DNA of 64,000 bases. Origin: an uncultured Actinomycetota bacterium. GTDB taxonomy: Bacteria > Actinomycetota > Actinomycetes > Mycobacteriales > Mycobacteriaceae. The DNA lies in the NCBI GenBank assembly GCA_963828065.1, contig CAWHDL010000011.1, positions 2,537 to 66,536 on the forward strand, given 5' to 3'. This document shows positions 38,557 through 48,061 of this stretch, one piece after another (within the stretch, counting starts at the first letter, position 1; each line of letters opens with the position of its first letter). The notes under the pieces are model-generated. The model searched no databases. It had not been told where the DNA came from and saw nothing but the letters and a program-made list of their open reading frames with translations. Made by a program: the position numbers and the translations under genes.

Positions 38557-38985
38557 GGAACCCCGGCATGTCCGGAGACTCCACTTCTTGGGAGGGTTGG
38601 AGTCATGTCAGGTGGTTCGTCGAGGAGGTATCCGCCGGAGCTGCGTGAGCGCGCGGTGCGGATGGTCGCCGAGATCAGCGATCAGCACAATTCGGAGTGG
38701 GCGGCGATCAGCGAGGTCGCTCGCCTGCTCGGGTCGGGTGCGCAGAGACGGTACGCAAGTGGGTCCGCCAGAGGCAGGTCGATGCCGGCTCGCGGCCGGG
38801 GACCACGACCGAGGAGCCCGCTGAGCTCAAACGGCTGAAGCGGGAGAACGCTGAATTACATAGGGCTAACGCTATTTTGAAGACGGCGTCGGCTTTTTTC
38901 GCGGCCGAACTGTGCGCCACGAGGCGCCGGGTTAATCGAGAGGTGGTGAGAGACCGTCTCCTTCGGGTCGTCGCAGCGGCCTGAA
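38557..38985 (+). pseudogene. IS6110-like (IS3 family) remnant: left IR plus frameshifted orfA, with orfB missing
   Basis: GGAACCCCGGCATGTCCGGAGACTCCA resembles the IS6110 terminal IR. orfA begins MSGGSSRRYPPELRERAVRMVAEI.. (ATG 38605) and shifts frame near 38737-38740 (..ARLLG / CAETVRKWVRQ..). Similarity is lost after ..TASAFFAAEL. A possible right-IR vestige (gagagaccgtctcc) lies near 38950. Confidence 0.7.
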
Positions 38986-39405
38986 TGAAGCTGCGGGGCA
39001 GCCAGTTGCCGTGGACATTGGTCTAACTTCTCGGACTCAGCTAATAGACTGTGCAGCAACATAGTTCGCGACGGATAAGGATCTGTATCAACTGCAGGTC
39101 ATCCCGCGCGAGCCTTCCGTTCGCACCCCTTCCGGCCTGATCCGACGGCTGACTTGGTTTAGGCCCGATTGCAGCTAGCAGGTACGCGCACGGTGCCGGT
39201 GGCTGGAAAATGTGATGGGGGTCACCCGTGCAGACATCGTCCACGTGCGCTGGCCACGATGAAGTCATTCTTCTGGTGCTCAGGGTCGACGCCACGCAGC
39301 GACCGTGATCGCCCCGGGGAATGCGTTGCAGCCCATACCGTGTGCCCTGCTACTCGAGGCGGGGTGGCGCACATGCTGTTTGATCCATCACCGAGAGGTA
39401 CGACG

Positions 39406-40128
39406 ATGACCCACACCCACCCCACACCGACAACAACGGGCGCCGGCGCCCCGATCGAGAGCGGCGAGCAGTTGCTCACCGGCTCCGGGGCTGCTCAGAC
39501 CATCGCCGGGATCACCATCCCCGACACCCCGCTGGTGCGGGACGTCACCACGCTGATCCGGGCGGCCGAGGAGGATCTGCTCTTCGATCATTCCCGCCGG
39601 GTGTTCCTCTTCGGCGCGCTGCAGGGCCGGCGCCGCGGTCTGCAGCCCGACCTGGAGCTGCTCTACGTGGGGGCAATGTTTCACGACATCGGGCTGACCC
39701 AGCGCTACCGCACCTCAAGCCTGCGCTTTGAAGTTGACAGTGCCAACGCGGCCCGCGACTTCCTGCTCGACCACGGCGTTGACGAAGCTGCCGCGCGCAA
39801 GGTGTGGCTTTCCATCGCGCTGCACACCACCCCGGGGGTGCCCGAATTCCTCGACCCCGAGATCGCGCTCGTCACCGCAGGCGTAGAAACCGACGTGCTG
39901 GGCATCGAACGCGACGACCTGCCCGCGGAAGCGCTCGCCGCCGTCACCGCCGCGCACCCGCGACCCAATTTCAAAGACCGTATCCTGCAGGCCTTTACGG
40001 ACGGCATGGCGCACCGGCCGCGCAGCACCTTCGGCACCGTCAACGCCGACGTGCTGGAACACTTCGACGACTCCTTCGTCCGAGACGACTTCGTGGAAAT
40101 CATCCGCAACAACACCTGGCCCGAATAA
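39406..40128 (+). CDS. HD-domain phosphohydrolase
   Basis: MFHDIGL HD motif. ATG 39406 lies inside ORF 39169..40128. Confidence 0.7.
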   Translation: MTHTHPTPTTTGAGAPIESGEQLLTGSGAAQTIAGITIPDTPLVRDVTTLIRAAEEDLLFDHSRRVFLFGALQGRRRGLQPDLELLYVGAMFHDIGLTQRYRTSSLRFEVDSANAARDFLLDHGVDEAAARKVWLSIALHTTPGVPEFLDPEIALVTAGVETDVLGIERDDLPAEALAAVTAAHPRPNFKDRILQAFTDGMAHRPRSTFGTVNADVLEHFDDSFVRDDFVEIIRNNTWPE

Positions 40129-40169
40129 GCCCGCGCGCACTGGCAGCCTACGAATCTGAGAGGAACGCT

Positions 40170-41018
40170 ATGAACGAGGCGTTGAGGCTAGCGGCCGACG
40201 AGAGAGCTCCTGCAAGCTTCACTGACGGCGACGTGTATTTCATCGGCAACGCAACGACTTTGATCCGGTTTGCCGGTTTCACGATCCTGACGGACCCGGC
40301 GTTTCTGCACAAGGGCAATCACGTGGATCTCGGTCACGGGATCTATGCACGGCGCGAGGTCGAGCCTGCCTGTCAGGTCTCGGATCTACCACCGCTGGAT
40401 TTGATCGTGCTCTCGCACTATCACGGCGATCACTTCGACGACGTCGCGGCCCGAGATCTCGACCGTGCCATCCCGATCCTGACCACCGACCATGCGGTCG
40501 GCCAGCTCCGTGAGCTCGGGTTCACCCAAGGTCTGGCCTTGGATACGTGGGACTCGGTGACCGTGGAAAAGGGGGAGGCACGGCTGGTGGTCACGGCGAT
40601 GCCCGCCAAGCACTCCACCGATGATGAGGTGGCGCTGATGCTGATGCCCGTGAACGGATCCATGCTCGACTTCTACCGCGGTGAGGATCGATTGTTCCGG
40701 CTCTACATCACCGGCGACACGATGCTGCACGACAGGCTGCGCGACATCCCCCGCTGGTATCCCGACATCGACCTCGGCCTGATCCACGCCGGGGGCACCA
40801 CACTGTTCTTGACGGTGGTGACCATGACCGGGGCCCAGGCTGTGCGGGCCGTGGAGATCACCAAACCCCGGACGGCCATCCCCATCCACTACAACGACTT
40901 CTCGGTATTCATGTCCGGCCTCGACGACTTCAAGCAGGCCGCCGCCCAGTCGCCCGCGAAGACCGAATTCCACTATCTCTCCCATGGCGAGACCTACAAC
41001 TTCGAGCCGCTCAGCTAA
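40170..41018 (+). CDS. MBL-fold metallo-hydrolase
   Basis: LSHYHGDHFD (HxHxDH) motif. ATG 40170 follows GAGAGGA; the longer ORF from 39804 overlaps the HD gene. Confidence 0.75.
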   Translation: MNEALRLAADERAPASFTDGDVYFIGNATTLIRFAGFTILTDPAFLHKGNHVDLGHGIYARREVEPACQVSDLPPLDLIVLSHYHGDHFDDVAARDLDRAIPILTTDHAVGQLRELGFTQGLALDTWDSVTVEKGEARLVVTAMPAKHSTDDEVALMLMPVNGSMLDFYRGEDRLFRLYITGDTMLHDRLRDIPRWYPDIDLGLIHAGGTTLFLTVVTMTGAQAVRAVEITKPRTAIPIHYNDFSVFMSGLDDFKQAAAQSPAKTEFHYLSHGETYNFEPLS

Positions 41019-41316
41019 CGGCGTCGTCGCGCCACAACCCAAACGCCGCTCGCCGGCGGACCCGTCTCCAACGGTGTGACCAGAAGATCATCAATCCCTC
41101 CTCGATCGGTTATGCGGTGCAACCACTTTCGAGCCCGAGGACACCCGGCGACAACCTAATGGATCAGTGCTCAACCGGCACGACATCCCACCAGAGCTAC
41201 AGGCGGCCTCACCAACCGGCCGGGGCACGATCTAGAACTAGGAATCGACCATCACTCCAGGATCCGACAGTAGAGTAGGAACTTTAAAAGCTGGGCCGCC
41301 ATCGCGAAGGGGGCGG

Positions 41317-44300
41317 ATGAGTCAAGGCGCGATAATTCCGAACCGAGGTCCGCCCGTTCGGACCCAGGTCGTGCATGAGAGCCGACGCACCCGCATCACG
41401 CGGCTGTTCTTTCCTGAGCGCACGCTGATCTGCAAGGAGCCGCTGGGGCCGGACGCGCAGCGGCGGCTGCGGCATGAGGTGGAGATGCTTCAGCGGCTGC
41501 GCGGTGTGGATGGCGTCGCGCACCTGGTGCCCGCTCCGCCTGACGCGGGGTCGATCGTGCTGGAGGATGCAGGCGCCAGCAGCCTACGGGAGTCGGCGAC
41601 GCCGCTGGCCAGTGATGAGCTGATCGAGCTTGCGGTGTGCTTGGCGCAAGCGGTGTCGGGGATGCACCGTCGTGGCGTGATGCATGGTGACATCACGCCG
41701 GCCAACATCGTGGTGTCCGGCGAGGGTGCACCATGCCTGGTGGACTTCGCCTTGGCGACGTCGCTGGCCGAAATCCGCCCGGACTTCACCCATCACACCG
41801 AAATTGTCGGAACGCTGGCGTACCTGGCCCCGGAGCGGACGGGCCGTACCGGCCGGGTAGTGGATCAGCGCGCCGACCTATACGCGTTGGGCGCCACGCT
41901 GTTTGAGCTGGCGACGGGTGAACCGCCGTTCGGGTCTGAGGACCCGCTGCGGCTCACCCATGATCACCTGGCGCGCGTGCCGGTCGCGCCGCATGAGTTG
42001 AATGCGACCGTGCCCGCGGCGCTGTCGGCGATCATCCTGCATCTGTTGGAGAAGGAGCCCGATAACCGCTACCAGAGCGCCGACGGGTTGATCTATGACC
42101 TGCAGCGTCTCCAGGATGCTCCGCTGGGTCCGGGAGCAGCGCCACCGCCGGTCGGCTGGCATGATCTTCCGGCGCGGCTGCTGCCGCCGTCACGACTGGT
42201 GGGTCGTGACAACGAAATGACTTCGCTGCGCGCGGCGTTTGATGGCGCGTTAGCCGGCGATTGCCGCGCGGTTTTGATCGGCGGTGTGCCTGGCGTCGGC
42301 AAGACCGCACTGGTTGATCAGCTGCGCGCCGTGGTGACCCGCAGCGATGGCTGGTTCGTGGCGGGCAAGTCAGACATGTATCGGCGGGATCTGGAGTTCG
42401 ACGCCATCAACCAGGCACTTCGTGCACTGGGTCGGCTGCTGCTGGCCGAGCCGGAAGATCAGTTGGCGCAGTTTCGCCAACGGATCTCGTTGACCGCTGG
42501 TGCCAACGCCGGTCTGCTGACCGCGATATTGCCGGAGTTCGCGGCGCTGCTGGCGGTGCCCCCCGATCCGGGCAATCCGCTGACCGCCCAGATGCGGGCG
42601 CAGCGCGCCGAAATGGAGGTGCTGCGGGCGGTCGCCTCGCGGAGTCGGCCCCTGGTGGTGTTCCTCGACGACCTGCAATGGGCTGGGCGCACCTCGCTGG
42701 GTTTCGTCGATCTCGTGTCGAGCGAGGAGCATCTCGAGGGCCTGCTTCTCGTGGGCGCCTACCGCGACGACGAGGTGGAAACGTCTCATCCGCTGGCGCC
42801 GATGGTGGCGCGGTGGCGGCAGCATCCGCGAATACAGAGTGTGTGGCTGGACAATCTGCCCGGATCCGGCTCCGTGACCATGGTCGCTGAGATGCTGCAC
42901 ATTGACAGGTCGGGGGCTGCGGCCCTTGCCGAGCTGATCGAGCCACTGTCCCGCGGTAATCCGTATGAGATCGTGGAGTTGCTCAACGCGCTGCGCCGCG
43001 ACGACATCTTGACGGCGACAGCCGACGGATGGCGGTGGGACGCCGCCGCGGTGCGCGCGCATCTGGGCCAGTCAGAGCTTGCCGGGCTGCTCGCGGCTCG
43101 CGTTGCGGCCATGCCGGCGTCGTCGCAAGCGATCGTGGAGGCGATGGCCTGCCTTGGCGGGCGGGTCGAACTGGGCATGCTCCAGACGGCCACCGCCGAG
43201 CCGCTCAGCGTGGTGGAACAGATGCTAGCGCCCGCCCTCGAGGATGGACTTCTGGTGATCGAGCCCGGGTTTCATGAGGCGGTGCAATTTCGCCACGACC
43301 GCACCCGCGAGGTAGTCCTGGGCGGGTTGCAGCCGCAGCAGCGAGGCACCCTGCAGTTGGCGATGGCGCGCCGACTCGCCGAAGTGCCGGAGCTGTTCGC
43401 CGTCGCGGCAGAGCAATACCTGCCCGTGATCGACGTGGTCGACGACGCAGCCGAGCGGGGCTGCGTGGTGGCGCTGCTGCGCCGCGCCGCCGACCAGGCG
43501 GCGCTGACCGGCGACTACTCCCTGCTGGATTCGCTTCTCGCTGCCGCTCTGGGACTGATCGACCCGAGCGAGACGGCCACGCTCGTCGAGGTGCACACCG
43601 GCCGCCACGCCGCGCTCTACAGCCTCGGGCGCTTTGACGAGGCAGACGAGGAGTACCGGGTAATCGAGGAACTATGCACGACCGCAACGCAGCGCGCGGA
43701 CGCAACGGTGGTGCAACTGCTCAGCCTTACCCAGCGCGGCCGCCTTATGGACGCGGTTGGCTTCGGCCTGGAGTCGCTGGCTGAGCTCGGCATCATCGTT
43801 CCAGGCGTCGACCGACTCGCCACCGAGCTCGACAACCAATTCGACCATCTGTATCGGTGGCTGGACCGCACCGACGTCAAGGATGATCTGGCTCGCCCCC
43901 CCATCACCGACCCGACGCTGATCGCCGCGACGCGTCTGATGAACGCGATCCTGCCGTGCCTCTTTGTTGGCGACCACGCCAAGAACGTCTGGCTCAGCTT
44001 GGAAGCGCTACGCGTCTGGCTCGAGGACGGCCCAGGCCCGACCCTCGTCGGGCCGGCCAGCACCGCAGCTATCGCCACTGTGACACAGCGCGGCGACTAT
44101 GCCGCCGCGTATCGGGCGGTGCGACGGATTCTGACGTTCGGCGAGGCCCGCGGCTACGAGCCCGACACTTCGCATGCGCGGTTCTTGTTCTCGGTCCTGT
44201 GTTCCTGGTTCGAGCCGGTCGAACACTGCGTGCAGGCAGGTCAATTGGCCCGGGACGGATTGATTGCCGGCGGCGACCTGACATACGCGGGATACGCCTG

Positions 44301-46767
44301 GCAGTCGATCGTGGCCGGACTGCTCGACTGCGCGCCGTCGCTGGACACCTTCGTCGCCGAGGTCGACGCCGGGCTGGCGTTCGCGCGGCGAATCGGCGCC
44401 GAATCAACCATCGAGTGTCTCGACAGTTATCGGTGGCTGGCCGGTGCGCTGAGCGGCGAAAACCCGGCCACGGTCGCCGTCGAGCGCTACGCCGGCAACC
44501 CGCAGACGCTGTTCTTCGCGCACATCACCCGCGCCGTCGGCGCCGCAATCTCCGCGGATCCTGTCGGTCTCGCGCGCCACACTGCCGCAGCGATGCCGCT
44601 GCTGACGACAGTGATAGGCCACTATGTGGGCGCCGTGGCCCACGTGCTGCACGCGCTGGCCGTTGCCGGGCAGGCGCGCGAAACCGACGGCGAGGAGCGC
44701 GACGCGTTGCTTCGCGAACTCGACGAGGTGACGCGGTGGCTGGCCGCCCGCGCCGCCGATGCGCCGACAAATTTTCTGCATCTGCTGCGGCTGGTGGAGG
44801 CCGAGCGCGCGTGGGCGGTCAGCGACTTTCGTGCCGCCGTTCTTGCCTTCGACGCAGCCCGCCGCGAGGCCGGGCGCCATCAACGCCCGTGGCATCGGGC
44901 CCTGATCGCTGAACGTGAGGCCCGTTTGTACCTCGCCCACGGCGTGGAGCACACGGGCTATGAGCTCTTGGCTGAAGCTCGTCAGCACTACCTCGCGTGG
45001 GGCGCGACCGCCAAGGTCGACCAGCTGGACTGGGCCTACCCGGTCCTACAGATAACAGCGGACGCGAGCGCCGATCACGGCGACGATCAGCTCGCTGAGC
45101 GTGCCCATCGCCGATCGGCGGTGACGACCGGCATGATCGACATGCTCGGCATCGTGTCGGCATCGCAGGCGCTGAGCTCGGAGACCGATATCGACGGGCT
45201 GCAAGCCCGCGTGGCCGAGGTCCTCAGCGCGATGACCGGGGCCACCGGCGTACACCTGCTGTTGTGGAGCGACGACCAACGAGACTGGCTGCCGCCCGCG
45301 CCGGGCGACGCTGACGCCGTAGCGGTCGATGGCCTGGACCCGGAACGTGCGCTGCCGATGTCGGTGCTGCGCTACGTCCAACGCACCCGTGAGCCGCTCG
45401 TCGTCGACGACGCGCGCCACGACGACCGCTTTGCGCGCGACCCCTACTTCGCCGACATCAGCTGTTGCTCGGTGTTGGCCGTTCCCATTGTCAGCCGAGG
45501 TGCGTTACAAGCGGTGCTGGTGCTGGAAAACTGCCTGATGCGCGGCAGCTTCACCGCCGAACGGCTCGACGCGGTCAAGCTCATCGCCGGCCAGCTCGCC
45601 GTTTCGGTCGACAACGCCCAGCTGTACACCGAGTTCCGCCAGATCGCAGACGACCAGGCCGCGCTGCGGCGGGTGGCTACCCTGGTGGCGCGTGGGGCAA
45701 GTCCGTCGGAGGTGTTCGCGGTGGTGACCGAGGAACTGGCCCGATGCCTGCATGTGTTCAACGCGGGGCTACTCCGCTTTGAGCCCGACGGCACCGGGTT
45801 AGTCGTCGCTGTTCAGTACGTGCCGGGGGTAAAGAACATGCCCGTCACCGGCGAGCGCATTCCGTTGGCGGGCGACGACGTCGGGGCGTTGGTGTTACGC
45901 ACCGGCCGCGCCGCCAGGATTGACAACCACGACAACGTCTCTGGCCCGGAAGCCGCCCGCATCCGCGAGGACAGGATCGGTTCGATCGTAGGAGTCCCCG
46001 TTATTGTCGACGGCCGATTATGGGGCGCCGCTATTGTCGGATCGATGCTCCGCGAGCCCTTGGCGGTGGACACCGAGGCGCGTATCGGCGATTTCGCCGA
46101 CCTGGTTGCTACCGCGATCGCCAACGCTGCAACCCGCGACGAACTCATCAAGTCCCGTGGGCGCATCGTCGCAGCCGGCGATGAGACGCGGCGGCGCCTG
46201 GAGCGCAATCTGCACGACGGGGCGCAGCAGCGCGCCGTCTCACTGGGGCTGCAGCTGCGCCTGGCCGAACAGCGAGTGCCACCCGAACTCAGTGAGCTAA
46301 CCCAACAGCTATCCGAGATCGGGTCGGCAGTGGCGGAACTATCTGAGGAGCTGCGCGAAATCTCACACGGACTCCATCCCGCCGCCCTGGCCAGGGCAGG
46401 ACTCGGTCCGGCGATCAAGGCGCTGGCGCGACGCTCGACGCTGCCGGTAACCCTCGATGCCACAGTGCCCCGTCGATTGCCGGAGAGCGTCGAGGTCGCC
46501 GCGTACTACGTGGCCGCCGAGGCGTTGACCAACGCCGCCAAGCACGCGCAGGCCTCAGAGGTCATCGTGACCGTCACGGACGACGCAGAAGTCCTGAATC
46601 TCCAAGTCCGAGATAACGGCGTCGGCGGAGCCGATTTCGGCAACGGTTCTGGGCTCATCGGCCTCAAGGACCGTGTGGAAGCGCTGGGCGGCCAGCTTGC
46701 GATGTCCAGTCCCGTTGGCGACGGCACGTCGCTAACTGCCACCATCCCGCTGCACCAGGCCGGATGA
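41317..46767 (+). CDS. multidomain sensor: Ser/Thr protein kinase - AAA/STAND-like ATPase - helical repeats - 2x GAF - HisKA_3/HATPase histidine kinase
   Basis: 1816 aa. Kinase motifs HGDITPANIVV, VDFALA and GTLAYLAPE; P-loop GGVPGVGKTALV. GAF-like regions at ~aa 1270-1600. H-box NLHDGAQQRAVSL, N-box EALTNAAKHA and G-boxes DNGVGG / GSGLIGL. Confidence 0.85.
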   Translation: MSQGAIIPNRGPPVRTQVVHESRRTRITRLFFPERTLICKEPLGPDAQRRLRHEVEMLQRLRGVDGVAHLVPAPPDAGSIVLEDAGASSLRESATPLASDELIELAVCLAQAVSGMHRRGVMHGDITPANIVVSGEGAPCLVDFALATSLAEIRPDFTHHTEIVGTLAYLAPERTGRTGRVVDQRADLYALGATLFELATGEPPFGSEDPLRLTHDHLARVPVAPHELNATVPAALSAIILHLLEKEPDNRYQSADGLIYDLQRLQDAPLGPGAAPPPVGWHDLPARLLPPSRLVGRDNEMTSLRAAFDGALAGDCRAVLIGGVPGVGKTALVDQLRAVVTRSDGWFVAGKSDMYRRDLEFDAINQALRALGRLLLAEPEDQLAQFRQRISLTAGANAGLLTAILPEFAALLAVPPDPGNPLTAQMRAQRAEMEVLRAVASRSRPLVVFLDDLQWAGRTSLGFVDLVSSEEHLEGLLLVGAYRDDEVETSHPLAPMVARWRQHPRIQSVWLDNLPGSGSVTMVAEMLHIDRSGAAALAELIEPLSRGNPYEIVELLNALRRDDILTATADGWRWDAAAVRAHLGQSELAGLLAARVAAMPASSQAIVEAMACLGGRVELGMLQTATAEPLSVVEQMLAPALEDGLLVIEPGFHEAVQFRHDRTREVVLGGLQPQQRGTLQLAMARRLAEVPELFAVAAEQYLPVIDVVDDAAERGCVVALLRRAADQAALTGDYSLLDSLLAAALGLIDPSETATLVEVHTGRHAALYSLGRFDEADEEYRVIEELCTTATQRADATVVQLLSLTQRGRLMDAVGFGLESLAELGIIVPGVDRLATELDNQFDHLYRWLDRTDVKDDLARPPITDPTLIAATRLMNAILPCLFVGDHAKNVWLSLEALRVWLEDGPGPTLVGPASTAAIATVTQRGDYAAAYRAVRRILTFGEARGYEPDTSHARFLFSVLCSWFEPVEHCVQAGQLARDGLIAGGDLTYAGYAWQSIVAGLLDCAPSLDTFVAEVDAGLAFARRIGAESTIECLDSYRWLAGALSGENPATVAVERYAGNPQTLFFAHITRAVGAAISADPVGLARHTAAAMPLLTTVIGHYVGAVAHVLHALAVAGQARETDGEERDALLRELDEVTRWLAARAADAPTNFLHLLRLVEAERAWAVSDFRAAVLAFDAARREAGRHQRPWHRALIAEREARLYLAHGVEHTGYELLAEARQHYLAWGATAKVDQLDWAYPVLQITADASADHGDDQLAERAHRRSAVTTGMIDMLGIVSASQALSSETDIDGLQARVAEVLSAMTGATGVHLLLWSDDQRDWLPPAPGDADAVAVDGLDPERALPMSVLRYVQRTREPLVVDDARHDDRFARDPYFADISCCSVLAVPIVSRGALQAVLVLENCLMRGSFTAERLDAVKLIAGQLAVSVDNAQLYTEFRQIADDQAALRRVATLVARGASPSEVFAVVTEELARCLHVFNAGLLRFEPDGTGLVVAVQYVPGVKNMPVTGERIPLAGDDVGALVLRTGRAARIDNHDNVSGPEAARIREDRIGSIVGVPVIVDGRLWGAAIVGSMLREPLAVDTEARIGDFADLVATAIANAATRDELIKSRGRIVAAGDETRRRLERNLHDGAQQRAVSLGLQLRLAEQRVPPELSELTQQLSEIGSAVAELSEELREISHGLHPAALARAGLGPAIKALARRSTLPVTLDATVPRRLPESVEVAAYYVAAEALTNAAKHAQASEVIVTVTDDAEVLNLQVRDNGVGGADFGNGSGLIGLKDRVEALGGQLAMSSPVGDGTSLTATIPLHQAG

Positions 46768-47199
46768 ATGTGACTATGACGCCGACCTCCGCAAGCCAAA
46801 AAACCAGTTAAGCGAGTCGCACGAGGCATTTCCAGGTCGGCGTCGCCGAGGCCGGGCACCTGCAGGTCTGTCCGCCTGTCGTCGGTATCGATATGCGGAC
46901 GCTTTCGGCGACGTCGACTGCGTCGAGTATCAACGCCAGGCCACCATCTGCCCGTCGCCCACGGATCATGACCAGCCTCGGCGTCATCGCCATGCCGTTC
47001 TGTGTCTACTGCGCCACTCGATGCTGAATTCGTCGATCCTGGTCCAGGACGTCGTTGCGCTCGAGTTCATCGATGTAGCCGGCCAATTCATGGATCGCAG
47101 CCGGCGACAGACCGCACAGGCGCTCCACGATCCGTCGCACCGCGGGCTCGCGCAGCCGAGGGTTCAAGGTCAACTCGGCCGCCAACGTGTGGCAATGGC

Positions 47200-47534
47200 G
47201 ATCGTCGGCGAAGCATGCGGCGATCGCGCCACGTCACCTCGGTCTGCGGGCTGTCATCGCCAAGTCCTTCGCCCGCATCCACTGGCAGAACCTCGCCAAC
47301 TACGGGGGTGTTGGCCCTCGAGTTCGAGAATCCCGGCGACTACGACACGATCGACCAGGGCGACACACTGGCATTCAACAACTTCGTGACGCCCTTGCGA
47401 ACAAGGACACCCTGCAGGTTGACAATCTCACCAAGAAGTCGACCTTCACTGTGCGCCAAAGGCTTTCATCACGACAGGTGCAGGATGTGTTAGCGGGCGG
47501 ATTGATTGCCCGGCTGGCACAAGAAGAGAACTGA
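47200..47534 (+). pseudogene. frameshifted C-terminal fragment of an aconitase-family gene
   Basis: Collinear with 53465-53829 (..[30 protein letters not shown].. and ..[28 protein letters not shown]). It has a 1-nt insertion (tacggggg) and a 1-nt deletion (ctggcattc) relative to the intact copy. Confidence 0.7.
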
Positions 47535-47772
47535 CGCGGATACCGCGGTCAGTACGCTGCTTTCGTTCTGTTCGCATCTGCTTGCGGCATAATCGGCCGC
47601 CGCATGTAACCCGCTCAGCGCCGTCGGCACATCGCAGTCACGTGACGAAAGAGTGCTTGTGGGTCGGCCCTACGCGTGTCGGCGGAGGCGAGCCCACCGA
47701 AGAGCGGTCGAAAGGCATGCCGACCACCTCTGAAGAAATGACACGAATCTGAGACGAAATCCCGATGACATC
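47200..47772 (+). repeat. direct repeat copy A (aconitase 3' end plus inner part of the transposon distal end)
   Basis: Near-identical by eye to 53465-54072. Identity stops at ..cccgatgacatc (47772 / 54072). Confidence 0.8.
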
Positions 47773-48061
47773 TGCGCCGGCCGGGTCGCCTCGGCATTGA
47801 ACCGCGAGGTGTCGTAAAACACACCCTGTCCCGCGGTCCAATGATCGCTTCTCGGGTTGGTCGTGTCTTTACCGCCAGCGCCGGATTCCAGTACCGGTCA
47901 GCACCAGCCCGAGGATTGCCGTTAGCGGCAGCCCATGACGGGCGCTCGTGGTGATGTGTTACCCCGTCATCGATGCCACGCTCTCGTTGTGAATGGATCG
48001 TCCGGCTCGGCGGGCGACGAACCATCAAAAGACATAGCCACCCGACCAGGAGACCCCCCAG

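Noticed and set aside
39169-39405. N-terminal extensions of the HD-domain ORF and of the MBL ORF (39804-40169)
   Set aside because: The extensions are Arg/Cys/Pro-rich or overlap the preceding gene. Internal ATGs (39406, and 40170 with a good RBS) give normal-length proteins.
46808-47199. Short ORFs and gene-like fragments between the giant kinase and the aconitase stump, considered as a possible lost response regulator
   Set aside because: The fragments are under 70 aa, lack a receiver-domain or HTH signature I can recognise, and have no credible starts.
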